DNA of 64,000 nucleotides from a bacterium (GTDB taxonomy: Bacteria > UBA8248): contig CBDBZU010000004.1 in the NCBI GenBank assembly GCA_965213625.1, positions 1,376,001-1,440,000 of the forward strand. Direction: 5' to 3'. The notes under the pieces were generated by a model. That model was not told where the DNA came from. It made no database searches and saw only the letters and a list, made by a program, of their open reading frames with translations. Positions 10,615 through 20,671 of this stretch are shown piece after piece (the stretch's first letter is position 1; each line of letters starts with the position of its first letter). The translations under genes and the position numbers were made by a program.

Positions 10615-11391
10615 TTAGAATTGAACGAAGCCGCCGTCCACGTTGATGGCCTGGCCAGTAATGCCGCCTGAGTCCTCACACGCCAGAAGAAGCGCAAGCG
10701 GAGCGCATTCTTCTGAATCGATGAAGCGCTTCATCGGCACCCTGTTCCTGAGCTCCTCCGACTGTTCCTCGAAAGTTTTGCCCGTTTCGTCGGCCCATTT
10801 CTGGATACTTTCCTCGAACATGCCGGTAGAGACGAAGGTGGGGCAGATGCAGTTCGCGGTGATGCCGAACGGGGCGACCTCGGCCGAAAGCGCCTTGGTG
10901 AGACCCAGAACGGCGTGTTTCGACGCCGCATAGGCGCTCCTGTAAGCCAGGCCGATTTTCCCCGAAACCGAGGCGACGTTAATGATTTTTCCGGATTTGC
11001 GCTCAAGCATCGAGGGCAGAACCTCGCGGATCGCCGTGAACGGCGCCTTCGCGTTGATTTGCATGGTGCGCTCCCACACCTCGTCGGGAAGCTCATGGAC
11101 CGCCTCGAAGCTCACGATGCCCGCGTTGTTCACGAGAATGTCGATGGGCCCGAGCGCGTCGACCGTTTTGCGCAGCGAATCGAGAATGTCCTCGTCCTTC
11201 ATGACATCGCAAGGACAGACGAGCGCCTTTCGCCCCATGGCCTCTATCTCCCCGGCGAGCGCTTCGAGTTTGTCCACGGAGCGGGCGGCCAGGGCGAGGT
11301 TCGCGCCCTCGCTGGCGTAAATGCGCGCAATGGCGCCGCCGATGCCGCCGGATGCGCCCGTGATGAATGCGACTTTGCCTTCGAGTTTCAT
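10615..11391 (-). CDS. SDR family oxidoreductase (3-hydroxybutyrate dehydrogenase-like)
   Basis: TGASGGIG, NNAG, YAASKH, NVDGG. Confidence 0.9.
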   Translation of the reverse strand: MKLEGKVAFITGASGGIGGAIARIYASEGANLALAARSVDKLEALAGEIEAMGRKALVCPCDVMKDEDILDSLRKTVDALGPIDILVNNAGIVSFEAVHELPDEVWERTMQINAKAPFTAIREVLPSMLERKSGKIINVASVSGKIGLAYRSAYAASKHAVLGLTKALSAEVAPFGITANCICPTFVSTGMFEESIQKWADETGKTFEEQSEELRNRVPMKRFIDSEECAPLALLLACEDSGGITGQAINVDGGFVQF

Positions 11392-11458
11392 GTCTTCTCC
11401 TTATCAGGGTAATCATTCCCCGGAATTCATGTGTACTTCGATGAAATGGCGTTTTTCC

Positions 11459-12721
11459 TCAGCAAACTTCACGGACAATGGCCTCGAATTCCTCGTTTCC
11501 CAGTTGCCGCTTGCGCCAGCGGATTTCGGTGCGGACCCTCTCGACCACGTCTTTTTCCTTTTCCTGAGGGAGGTCGAGACCCAACTCCCGCGCCTTGGTG
11601 CGTATGGCCCAGTTGCCCGAATAATGGCCCAGGAGATTGTGCATGCCGTTACCGAACATCTCGGGCTTCATGCACGAATACGCCCAGAAGCCCTCCTCCG
11701 TATCGGGCACGCAATAATGCACTTCGACCAAATGCGAGAACGCCGTTTTGCCGACGAAGGGCATGGTATCCGTCATGGGCCACTTCATGATGTCTGAGAC
11801 GAGTCTCGAGAGTTCATACATTTTATCGAGTTTAATCCCGCAGTCGATGCCGTAATAAATCTGAATCACGGCGGCGACTTCCGCCAGGGGCGCAATGTGA
11901 GCGCGCTCGCCCAGCCCGTTTACGCAGGCGTCTATGAGGTCTGCTCCGCCTTCTAGTCCCGCATACAAAGCGGCGCATGCCATGCCGATGTCGTTGTGGG
12001 TGTGGAGGCCGATTTGCGTGCCGGGCAGCAGGCGCTTCATCTCGCGAACGACGTAAGTATATACCGGCGTGATCGCCATGCCGTTGATGTCGTCGAGCTT
12101 AATCATGTCCGCGCCTGAATCCACGAGTTTGCCGCATACTTCGGCGAGTCGTTCGATGGGTATTCGCGTGCAGTCCTGGATCAGGCAGCCCACTTTCCTG
12201 TCGGGGCCTGATTTCTCCCGGGCGTAGGCCACGGAGCCGCAGGCGCGCTCGATGGCCTGCTCAATGGTGATATTCGGGTCTCCGGCCATCGATTCGAACA
12301 GGCACATCTGGTTCGGCGAGAAGGAAAAGCAAAGGGTCGTGTAATCCGCGCCGTGCTCCACGTTCATGTCGACTTCCACCTTGGCGAGTTCGGGATTCAG
12401 CACCGCAGTGGGATGCACGAGAGCTTCCACGATGAGGTCCGGATGCCGCTTTTTCACTTCCTCGATTTCCAAAGGGTCATCATGGTGCATCTGCACCATG
12501 CTCACGCCGGCGTCGACGAGCGCATCGGCGATGCGGATTACCTCATCCCGCCTCAAAGACACGCCGGGCAGCTGCCTGCCTTCCCTCAGGGTGATGTCGC
12601 AAAGCTGGAAATTCTCCGGCAGCGTCATCTGCGAGCGGATTTCGTCTGAGAAACAATGCTGCGATATCCGCCAATTATCGGTGGTGGGCTCCAAGTTGCT
12701 GTTTACGGGGTAGCCTGGCAT
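11459..12721 (-). CDS. DRE-TIM metallolyase, homocitrate/isopropylmalate synthase-like
   Basis: DITLREG, LHTHND, NGLGERA, VGKTAFSH; no LeuA regulatory domain. Confidence 0.8.
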   Translation of the reverse strand: MPGYPVNSNLEPTTDNWRISQHCFSDEIRSQMTLPENFQLCDITLREGRQLPGVSLRRDEVIRIADALVDAGVSMVQMHHDDPLEIEEVKKRHPDLIVEALVHPTAVLNPELAKVEVDMNVEHGADYTTLCFSFSPNQMCLFESMAGDPNITIEQAIERACGSVAYAREKSGPDRKVGCLIQDCTRIPIERLAEVCGKLVDSGADMIKLDDINGMAITPVYTYVVREMKRLLPGTQIGLHTHNDIGMACAALYAGLEGGADLIDACVNGLGERAHIAPLAEVAAVIQIYYGIDCGIKLDKMYELSRLVSDIMKWPMTDTMPFVGKTAFSHLVEVHYCVPDTEEGFWAYSCMKPEMFGNGMHNLLGHYSGNWAIRTKARELGLDLPQEKEKDVVERVRTEIRWRKRQLGNEEFEAIVREVC

Positions 12722-12806
12722 TACAACCTCCTTTTATGGAATTTCATCGCCTATTTCGGGATCGGCGAAAACGAGAACCTCAAAACAATCTCGGCTTTAC
12801 GCATAC

Positions 12807-12821
12807 TGGTATGACATACCA
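12807..12821. promoter_or_regulatory. Perfect palindrome TGGTATG-A-CATACCA, putative GntR/FadR-type operator
   Basis: 7-1-7 inverted repeat about 85 bp upstream of the 12721 start; TGGT...ACCA core. Confidence 0.55.
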
Positions 12822-12843
12822 ATGAATGGTTTTATCCAGTTCC

Positions 12844-13935
12844 TCAGGGATCGGGCAGAATCACCGGCTCCACATCCTTGAGAAGCGGCAAAACCTCGCG
12901 ACCGAAAATCTGCACTTCTTCCAGGTAAGGCCAGCCGTGCATGATGAAATGCGTTACGCCGGCGTTAACGTATTCACGGAATTGGTCCGCCACCATCTGC
13001 GGTGTGCCCACGAACGTGGTGGCCCCGCCGGCTCTCACCTTGTTCACGCCCATCCAGATGGTGTCGGTGAGCCAGAGGGATTCTCTCGAGGCCATCTCGT
13101 TGATGCGCGACTGGCTCGTGGATTCACTCAGTCGAACGGAATCAGCCCAGGTAGCGGTATTGCCGATGTCGCTGTCATCCAGCCAGCGCTCCACCGTGCG
13201 CCTTGCTTCTTGTTTTGTCTCCCGTACGCAGACGCAGTGGCGAACTCCGAATTCGAGGGGGGCTTCGCGCTCGAACTCTTTTTCCAGTTTTTTGACCTCT
13301 TTGATTTCCTTCTCCACGGTTTCGGGTTCATAGGCGAAGAAGACGTGAACGTCACCGAAGCGCGCGGCGGTGCGTTTTCCTCCGGGAGAACTACCCGCCA
13401 AAAAGATGGTCGGATGGGGGTCCGAATAGCGTTTCGGCCAGACGTGTGCGTCTTCTACGTGGAAAAAGCGGCCTTCATAGTCGACAGGCCCTTCTTCCGC
13501 CCAAAGTTGGTGCACAAGGTCCAGAAATTCCTCGGTCACCTCGTATCTTTCGTCATGAGGGGCGTGGTAGCCGTAACGTCTGAGGTCTGCGGAGTTCGCG
13601 CCCGAGACGACGTTCAAGGATAAGCGGCCTTTCGTGAAGTAATCGAGCGTATTCGCCTGCTGGGCGGCATAGACCGGACCCACCAGACCGGGGCGGAAGG
13701 CAACCAGAAATTTGATTTTCTTCGTTTGGGTCGCCAGGGCGGACGCCGTTTGCCAGGCATCCAGGCAATGCGTACCCGTAGGCACCAGAATGTTGACGCA
13801 ACCGGCGTCTTCGGCCGCTTGGGTGACCCGGGCCAGATAATCCAGCTCCGCGGGACGCTCGGGGACGACGGGATTGATTTGGTGGCCATCGCCCGCGTTG
13901 AAAGAACACAAAGCCCAATGAAATTGAACGGCCAA
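12844..13935 (-). CDS. LLM-class flavin-dependent monooxygenase (SsuD-like)
   Basis: KFLVAFRPG, GRLSLNVVSG, HDERY, YEGRFF, FVGTPQMVAD; TTG start after GGAG. Confidence 0.85.
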   Translation of the reverse strand: MAVQFHWALCSFNAGDGHQINPVVPERPAELDYLARVTQAAEDAGCVNILVPTGTHCLDAWQTASALATQTKKIKFLVAFRPGLVGPVYAAQQANTLDYFTKGRLSLNVVSGANSADLRRYGYHAPHDERYEVTEEFLDLVHQLWAEEGPVDYEGRFFHVEDAHVWPKRYSDPHPTIFLAGSSPGGKRTAARFGDVHVFFAYEPETVEKEIKEVKKLEKEFEREAPLEFGVRHCVCVRETKQEARRTVERWLDDSDIGNTATWADSVRLSESTSQSRINEMASRESLWLTDTIWMGVNKVRAGGATTFVGTPQMVADQFREYVNAGVTHFIMHGWPYLEEVQIFGREVLPLLKDVEPVILPDP

Positions 13936-14021
13936 GTCGTCTCCAGCATGGTGAATGCGCGCCGGATTTTTCAAAAGCCTATAATTGGAAGGCTCGGTTT
14001 TAAGAGCGAATCCGGCGTTAT

Positions 14022-14038
14022 GTTTTATATAATGAAAC
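14022..14038. promoter_or_regulatory. Imperfect palindrome GTTTTATATAATGAAAC, candidate IclR operator
   Basis: Lies in the AT-rich divergent spacer between the LLM gene and iclR. Confidence 0.4.
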
Positions 14039-14174
14039 TATGTTGCATAATTTGGTTTCAAGGAAGATAATGGATTTGAAAACAGAAGTCAACGGATTTC
14101 GAATCGCTTGTAATGAATGCAGTTACTGAGCAATTGCGAAGTATTGAATTAGTGGATTGCGCGGGAGTTTGGGG

Positions 14175-14942
14175 ATGAATCGATCGCTCATGAAAACAGC
14201 GCAGATATTCGACACCCTTATGGCGGAGAACAAACCGGTTGGCGTAAATGAATTCGCGCGCAAGCTCGATATGCCCAAAAGCACGGTTTCACGCTTTCTC
14301 TCCACCATGGAAGTCCTGGGTTTCGTGCGAAGAGAACCGGGAAGCGGGAAATTTCGCCTGGGCCTGAAACTCTTCGAGTTGGGTTGCAGGGCCATCGAGG
14401 ACATGGATTTAAGAGAAATCGCGATTCCGCACATGGCGAAACTGAGAGACGCTATCAACGAGAATGTTCTTTTGACGGTGTTGGAGGGTGATCGGATCAC
14501 TTATCTGGAGAAGTTGGAGAGTACGCAAGCGGTGGTCACCCAAATGAACGTAGGGGCGACGGCTCCCGCGCATTGCGTCTCAAGTGGCAAGGCGATGCTT
14601 GCGCATCATCCAGAACTGGCGGAACGCGTTCTGGCATCAGAATTAACGAGGTATTCGCCTCACACGATTGTCAATCCCCAAAGCATGCGTGAAGAACTCG
14701 AAGCGATTCGAGCAAGCGGATTTGCGCTCAACAAGGGGGAATTCAGAGAAGACGTGTGCGGCGTGGCCGCCCCGATATTCGATGCAAGGAGTCTGGCGGT
14801 AGGCGCCATCAGCACGGCCACCCCAGCTTCTCGTATGAGTGAAGCGAGGTGGGAGGAACACATCGAAGCCGTTTTGGAAGTGTCGCGCGCTATATCGAAG
14901 GTGCTCGGTGCTTCCGTGAATCAGTCATCAACGGCTCGTTAA
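14175..14942 (+). CDS. IclR family transcriptional regulator
   Basis: HTH (MPKSTVSRFLSTM), PAHCVSSGKAMLA, VCGVAAPIFD. Confidence 0.92.
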   Translation: MNRSLMKTAQIFDTLMAENKPVGVNEFARKLDMPKSTVSRFLSTMEVLGFVRREPGSGKFRLGLKLFELGCRAIEDMDLREIAIPHMAKLRDAINENVLLTVLEGDRITYLEKLESTQAVVTQMNVGATAPAHCVSSGKAMLAHHPELAERVLASELTRYSPHTIVNPQSMREELEAIRASGFALNKGEFREDVCGVAAPIFDARSLAVGAISTATPASRMSEARWEEHIEAVLEVSRAISKVLGASVNQSSTAR

Positions 14943-14959
14943 TTCCCCCCTGGGTGGAT

Positions 14960-16165
14960 TTACCATCGTTTGGGATGATCGTCCGGAATGGGGCCGCTCA
15001 GGGCGCCGCGGCCCTTTTTTTGTCTGATGTAGACGGTCTTGTTGTGATCGTCGGGAATTTCTCCGTTTAGCGCTTTTTTCAGCCAATCCACGGCCCATGG
15101 GTTCAGGTCCAGGTTGCCGAGTCCCTGCATTCCCCACACCCTGTGGAACTCGTTTTCAAGCACCCACAATTCCTTGGGCGCCGTGATCTCGTCGAAAAAG
15201 CGGAGAGCATCTTCCAAATGGCTCAGCGGGTCGAATTCCCCGGTGGCCAATAGCGTCGGGCAGGTGATTTTCTCCCCGCAGCCCTTGAGCGTCATCTTCG
15301 AAGCCATCTCATCGAAGGCGTCTTCGTCCGTGTATCCGGCCATGTACATGAAGATTTGCTTGAAGCGCGGGGAGGCTTCACCGAATATCACGTGCTTGTC
15401 CGAAAAAGTGGCGCTGCCTCCTGCGCAAGCCTTGATCCTCTCGTCAATCGCTGCGGCGAGCGGCGCCCAGTAAGAACCCATGCTGATGCCGAAGACGCCG
15501 ATTTTTTCCGGGTCGATTTCCTCGCGGGTGACCAGATAATCGACAACCGCCGAAACGGCGCGCTCATAATTGTTCTCGGTCACGCGGATTTTACGCATGT
15601 TGGATATCCCTTGTCCGGGGCCGTCGATGGCGCAGGCGTGCATGCCCCGCCGAATCATGTCGTTCTGCAGTATGTAGGGATAAAACTCTTTTGTCTGGTC
15701 CATGCCTGGAATGTAGATGATGCAGGGGGCTTTTCTCCCCTCCGGCAGTAGGTGGAGAATGATTTGAATCTCCTGGCCCTCGAAGGGGACTTCGACGCGC
15801 TCCACCGGGTAATCGGCCAAAGCCATGGCGCGGTCATAGCAGCGTATCAACCCGGCGTGGAGCTTGAGCTTCTGCGGGTGGTCGTCTTCAAAGATGACGT
15901 GTTGTCCTTTGCGGTATGATTCCGACGCCTGGATGTAGAGTTCGAGCGCCGTTTCCCGCATGCCTGCTTCTTCCGCCGCCCGGGCGATTTCTTCTTTGTG
16001 CTCTGCATCCTCGCCCTGGAGCTTGCTGATCATCTTGTAGTTCTTCACACCCTTGGGAAGCTCGAACTTGTCGTCTTCAAAGTTCTGGACCATACCGGCC
16101 GTCTTGGCGATGTAATCGAGAATCCACTGCTGGTTGTCACGGTGCCGAACGTGTTTCAATGACAT
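14960..16165 (-). CDS. Alpha/beta hydrolase (2,6-dihydroxypseudooxynicotine hydrolase/FrsA-like)
   Basis: PGMDQTKE, DGPGQG, nucleophile elbow GISMG. Confidence 0.8.
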   Translation of the reverse strand: MSLKHVRHRDNQQWILDYIAKTAGMVQNFEDDKFELPKGVKNYKMISKLQGEDAEHKEEIARAAEEAGMRETALELYIQASESYRKGQHVIFEDDHPQKLKLHAGLIRCYDRAMALADYPVERVEVPFEGQEIQIILHLLPEGRKAPCIIYIPGMDQTKEFYPYILQNDMIRRGMHACAIDGPGQGISNMRKIRVTENNYERAVSAVVDYLVTREEIDPEKIGVFGISMGSYWAPLAAAIDERIKACAGGSATFSDKHVIFGEASPRFKQIFMYMAGYTDEDAFDEMASKMTLKGCGEKITCPTLLATGEFDPLSHLEDALRFFDEITAPKELWVLENEFHRVWGMQGLGNLDLNPWAVDWLKKALNGEIPDDHNKTVYIRQKKGRGALSGPIPDDHPKRW

Positions 16166-16226
16166 ATGATTATCCTCGCTTGTTCAGGTTGTATGATTTC
16201 CTATGTTTATCGGGATATCCAGAAGC

Positions 16227-17324
16227 TCAGCATCCGCTTTTTTCTTCCTGCTTGATAGTGAGAATTTCCGCTGATTTCAGGACCTCGTTGTCGGTTGCGC
16301 CCCCTGTAATGAGAACCCGCCCTCCTCCCAGCCAAGTGGCCGTATGAAGGCGTCTGGGAAATTTCATCTCCACACCCACTAGCCAGAAGCATCTTTTCTC
16401 GGGTTCATACACTTCTGCGCTGGCGAGGGTCCGCCCCTCGCCGCCCCAGCCGCCGACCAGCACGACTCTGCCGTCTGAGAGCAATGTGGCGGTATGTTGC
16501 TGGCGGTTGACGCGCAGTTTGCTTTCCAGCGATGTGAATTTCTCCGTCGCCGGGTCGTAGATTTCAGCGCGATCAAGCGTTTTTTCCTTGCCCAGGCCGC
16601 CTGCAATGAGAACTCTCCCGTCCTTGAGCCGTGTGGCGCTGTGGCGGCTTCTCTGCGTCGTCAGGCTTCGAACCAAGCGCGTTCTTCGCTGGGAGGGCTG
16701 GAAAAGCTCCGCATATCGCGCCCCTTTTCCTTCCGCTCCGCCGAGAATGAGGACATTGCCTCCAGATAGTGCAGTGGCGCTGTGCTGCTGGCGCGCCATG
16801 AGCATGGGTCTGCGCGCCGGGATAAAATGCCCCTTGTCGGTTGCGTATATTTCCAGATGGCGAATGGCGCGTTTCCCGTCGTTTCCGCCGGCGATGAGCA
16901 CGTCTCCGGTGGGCAGCTTCGTCATCGTGTGGTCGTAGCGGCCATACTTCATCATGGAGCGAGAGCTGATCCCTCCGCCTCGTATGAGAAAAGAGTCTCT
17001 CAGCGCCTTCCCTCCATTCGTCCAGCCCCCGGAAATCAGCACCGTGTCTTTCAGGAGAATCGCCTTGTGCCAGCCTCGGGTCCTAAGGCCTTGAATCTTA
17101 TAGGGTTTGAATTTCTCTAGGGCCGGGTCGAATATCTCGAAATCATCGAGGGGTGAAGTTTTCGTAAGACCCGCGGCGATGAGTATTTCGCCTGATTCGA
17201 GTTTGGTGGCCGTATGCCCGTGCCGTGGGGTGTTCAAGTTTCCCGTCGGGGAGAATTCCCCCTCGCCGCTGCAGGCGGACAGGACGATGCCGAGCAGAAA
17301 ACAGAAAATCGTTCGCTTTCCCAT
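16227..17324 (-). CDS. Kelch-repeat beta-propeller lipoprotein
   Basis: Repeats of R..HTAT.L..G.VLI.GG...AE.YDP; lipobox LSAC after a hydrophobic N-terminus. Confidence 0.85.
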   Translation of the reverse strand: MGKRTIFCFLLGIVLSACSGEGEFSPTGNLNTPRHGHTATKLESGEILIAAGLTKTSPLDDFEIFDPALEKFKPYKIQGLRTRGWHKAILLKDTVLISGGWTNGGKALRDSFLIRGGGISSRSMMKYGRYDHTMTKLPTGDVLIAGGNDGKRAIRHLEIYATDKGHFIPARRPMLMARQQHSATALSGGNVLILGGAEGKGARYAELFQPSQRRTRLVRSLTTQRSRHSATRLKDGRVLIAGGLGKEKTLDRAEIYDPATEKFTSLESKLRVNRQQHTATLLSDGRVVLVGGWGGEGRTLASAEVYEPEKRCFWLVGVEMKFPRRLHTATWLGGGRVLITGGATDNEVLKSAEILTIKQEEKSGC

Positions 17325-17446
17325 CGATACTCCCTTGGCTATCCGTAATTCGCACGGCGGATTTAGAATAGCTCTCATGGCCCCGGAAACGCGCCTGTGA
17401 TACATTTTCACTCATACCTCGAGTCCATTCCATACCGGGAGCCATT

Positions 17447-18400
17447 ATGCGCGAGACTAGCGATATTCGAAACGTCGCAGTCATCGGGGGTGGATATGTG
17501 GGCCGGGGCGTGGCGTTGCAGTTCGCCTTGGCGGATTTTCGCGTTCAGATGTACAACCGAAGCCCTGAGAGCGCGGCCCGGGCGCGCGCTGAAATCGCTA
17601 AAAGCCTTGATATTCTTGTCGATGCGGAAGCGTTGGACAAAAAAGACGCGCTCGATATTTCAGAGCGCATCGCCCTCACGCAGGACTTTCACGAAGCCGT
17701 TCACGGCGGTGATTTCGTCGTCGAGGCGGTGAGTGAAATTTTGCCGCTCAAGCAGGAAGTTTTCGAGAGGATGGACGCGATAGCCCCGCCCGACGTGATT
17801 TTGGCGAGCGAGACCTCGGGCCTGGGGATGACGGATATATCCGCGCGAACGACTCACCCCGAGCGCTGCGTCGTCACGCACAATTACACCCCCCCGCATC
17901 TCATCCCCGTCGTGGAGGTGGCGGCCGGCCGCCGAACGAGTCCGGACACGACGAGAATCACGTGCGAGTTACTCGAAATAGCGGGAAAAGAGCCCATCGT
18001 GTGCGGGGAAGTGCCCGGACACATCGGGGTGAGGCTCACGACGGCGCTCAGGCGCGAGGCCTTTCATATCGTGGAAAAAGGCTATGCGCGCCCCGAGGAC
18101 GTCGATATCGTATGGCGCTCGATAGCCCCTCTCTTTCCGGCCTTGGGGTTGTGTAAGCTCAACGATTTCTCGGGAATGGACGTTTTGCGCGACGTGCACC
18201 GGAATATCCAGCCCTCACTCGATCACCGCCCCGAGCCCTCACCCTTGATGGACGAGATGATCGAGAAGAACCTGCTTGGCATCAAGAGCGGCGAGGGGTT
18301 TTATGAATGGACGGCGGAATCGGCCCGGGAGGCGGCGCGGGCCCGGGATTCGGCATTGATTCGTATATACCGGAAAAACAAAGGGTTGGAGAAGACATAG
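17447..18400 (+). CDS. 3-hydroxyacyl-CoA dehydrogenase family protein
   Basis: VIGGGYVG, VEAVSE...K, LASETS, LGIKSGEGFY. Confidence 0.88.
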   Translation: MRETSDIRNVAVIGGGYVGRGVALQFALADFRVQMYNRSPESAARARAEIAKSLDILVDAEALDKKDALDISERIALTQDFHEAVHGGDFVVEAVSEILPLKQEVFERMDAIAPPDVILASETSGLGMTDISARTTHPERCVVTHNYTPPHLIPVVEVAAGRRTSPDTTRITCELLEIAGKEPIVCGEVPGHIGVRLTTALRREAFHIVEKGYARPEDVDIVWRSIAPLFPALGLCKLNDFSGMDVLRDVHRNIQPSLDHRPEPSPLMDEMIEKNLLGIKSGEGFYEWTAESAREAARARDSALIRIYRKNKGLEKT

Positions 18401-18443
18401 GTGTAAAATTCAGGTTCGTGAACCTTCTTGCGAGGGAGCCGAC

Positions 18444-19661
18444 ATGGTTGATTACATTCTGGACGATGAACTGAAAGCCTGGCAGAGCAAGATTGCTGAA
18501 TTCTCGAAAAACGAGTTGAGACCCTATGCGGCCGAGTGGGACCGCCAGAACGGCATCGATCCGACGAGTCCTTTTCCCCTGGATGCGCTCAAAAAGGCCT
18601 CGGCGGCGGGCATCCGGACGCTCACGACGCCCAAGGAGATGGGCGGGGAGGGTTTCGGCATATTCGCGCATGTGGTCTTACTGGAGGAGCTTTTTCAGGG
18701 TGAGGCGGGCTTCGCCTCCGTCATCCACCAGAACTGGAAGCTCGCCAAGATGCTCTGCCACTTCACCACCGAGGAGCAGCGCGCGGAGTTCCTGCCCCGC
18801 TATATGGATGTGGACACCTCCACCATGGCCATCGGCATGACGGAGCCCCAGGCGGGTACGGACAACATCATGCCGGCCACGAACATCGACGGCGGCGCGC
18901 GGCTCTCGGCCGTCAGGCAGGGCGATACCTGGATACTGAACGGCAAGAAGCACTTCATCGCCTGCGCGTCGATGAGCAACATCAATTTCATCGTGGCGAG
19001 AACCAACCCGAACGTTCCCGTGAACGAGGGAACCACCATGTTCATCATGACGGACGAGATACCCGGCTTCCGGCACGGAATCATCCACGGAAAGCTCGGC
19101 GCGCGCCTTTTGATGAACGGCGAACTCATCTTCGAGAATGCTGAAGTGCCTGAAAAATGGCGCCTTAGCGAGGTGGACGGCGGCCTGCCCTATATGGCCC
19201 GCGTCTTCTCGCGCCACTCGCCGACCACGGCCACCTTCGGCGTCGGCATCGCGCGCGCCGCCTTCGAGGACGCCCACGCCTACGCGAGGGAGCGCGTCCA
19301 AGGCGGAAAGCCCATCATCGAGCACGCGCGGATTCGCGAGATTCTCGCCGACATGTACGTGAACATCACCGTCGCGCGGGACACCGTCTGGCGCGCGGCC
19401 TGGCATGCGGATACGGCGGGAGACGACGAATACGACCACAAGGAGGGCATGCGCGCCGCCCTGTTCGCCTCAGAGATGGCGCCCCAGGTCTGCATCAAGG
19501 GGATGAACATCTTCGGCGGCAACGGCTATATGGACACCCACCCGGCCGAGCGCCACCTGCGCGACGCGATGATGTGCTACCACATCGACGGGCTGAACGA
19601 CACCACGCGCTTGAAGCTCGGCGGACTCCTCGCGGGAGAGGCCTTCGCGGGCGCCATGTAG
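18444..19661 (+). CDS. Acyl-CoA dehydrogenase family protein
   Basis: MTEPQAGTD, LNGKKHFI, RVQGGKPI, FGGNGY, ERHLRDA. Confidence 0.9.
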   Translation: MVDYILDDELKAWQSKIAEFSKNELRPYAAEWDRQNGIDPTSPFPLDALKKASAAGIRTLTTPKEMGGEGFGIFAHVVLLEELFQGEAGFASVIHQNWKLAKMLCHFTTEEQRAEFLPRYMDVDTSTMAIGMTEPQAGTDNIMPATNIDGGARLSAVRQGDTWILNGKKHFIACASMSNINFIVARTNPNVPVNEGTTMFIMTDEIPGFRHGIIHGKLGARLLMNGELIFENAEVPEKWRLSEVDGGLPYMARVFSRHSPTTATFGVGIARAAFEDAHAYARERVQGGKPIIEHARIREILADMYVNITVARDTVWRAAWHADTAGDDEYDHKEGMRAALFASEMAPQVCIKGMNIFGGNGYMDTHPAERHLRDAMMCYHIDGLNDTTRLKLGGLLAGEAFAGAM

Positions 19662-19853
19662 ACCCTTCTCTCGCCGGGTGGGGGCGCACGCAACTCCCCG
19701 CATTTGCCGTTATCGCAATAGTCGCGGTTCATGGCAGAATTCCCCTGCGCCACACTTCCGCGGCGTCATTTCCTAAAGAATTTAATTGTCTGAAATTTAA
19801 CGATAAACCCCGTGAATTTATCGATATTTATCGAATTTTTCAGATATAAAACC

Positions 19854-19949
19854 CGAGCGATGAGCGAGGGTTTGACCCGATCGAGGAGGAAGGGTTTCAC
19901 GCAAGCGATGGGCGAGCGTTTGACTCGAGCGATGAGGGAGGGTTTCCTT
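19854..19949 (+). repeat. Four degenerate 24-bp tandem direct repeats
   Basis: CGAGCGATGAGCGAGGGTTTGACC / CGATCGAGGAGGAAGGGTTTCACG / CAAGCGATGGGCGAGCGTTTGACT / CGAGCGATGAGGGAGGGTTTCCTT. Confidence 0.8.
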
Positions 19950-20251
19950 ATTCCCGAACGCGCCGTGCCGCCCCGCCATCATACGCGGAATCTTCCTCCA
20001 GCCCATGACCGCATTGCGGGCAAATGCGCGCGCCGAACGCTCGAATCCGACCTGAGAAGAAGGGGCTGCAACGCCCCCGGTAAGGGAAATCCTGCGGCGC
20101 GCCAACCCCTCAGAATACCTCCTTGCGATTCATCCCGGCGCACCGCAAATGCGGGGAAATGCGCACACTTGGATTTATTGACAAATCCATGCCGTGTGGG
20201 ATGATGAACGATGCCCGATGCGGATGAAGGATTTTCGACGTTGTGAGGCGC

Positions 20252-20671
20252 ATGATGGTCGAGTACGACAATTTTCGTATGTCACTCAAAAGGCTGGGCG
20301 AGCAGTATGAGAATTACCGGGAACTTGATGCAGCGCTTCCCGCATTGCTCCAGGAAGCCGTCGCCGAGTCAGTTATTCAGCGCTTCGAAACCTGCTACGA
20401 CTGCCTCTGGAAAGTGCTCAAGAGATACCTGGTAGAGGAACTGGGCGTCGCGGACTCTCCGAACAGTCCCAAGCCCGTTTTCAGGCTTGCCTTCGAGAAC
20501 GACTTGATACCCGCTCCTGTGGAGCGATGGCTGGGCTATGCGGACAGGCGCGTCGATACCGCCCACGCCTACAGTGGCGAGAAGGCGCGAGCCGCTTTGG
20601 AAATAGTGGGCGACTTCATTGAGGACGCAGCGGCCCTTTACCGAACCATGAGCGGGCGGAGTTGGGAATGA
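20252..20671 (+). CDS. HEPN toxin, HI0074-like nucleotidyltransferase substrate-binding family
   Basis: VIQRFETCY..WK.LK, SPKPVFR, R-X4-H motif (RVDTAH). Confidence 0.85.
   Translation: MMVEYDNFRMSLKRLGEQYENYRELDAALPALLQEAVAESVIQRFETCYDCLWKVLKRYLVEELGVADSPNSPKPVFRLAFENDLIPAPVERWLGYADRRVDTAHAYSGEKARAALEIVGDFIEDAAALYRTMSGRSWE

Noticed and set aside
19854-19949. Possible CRISPR array
   Set aside because: The repeats abut with no spacers, are degenerate, and no cas genes are present
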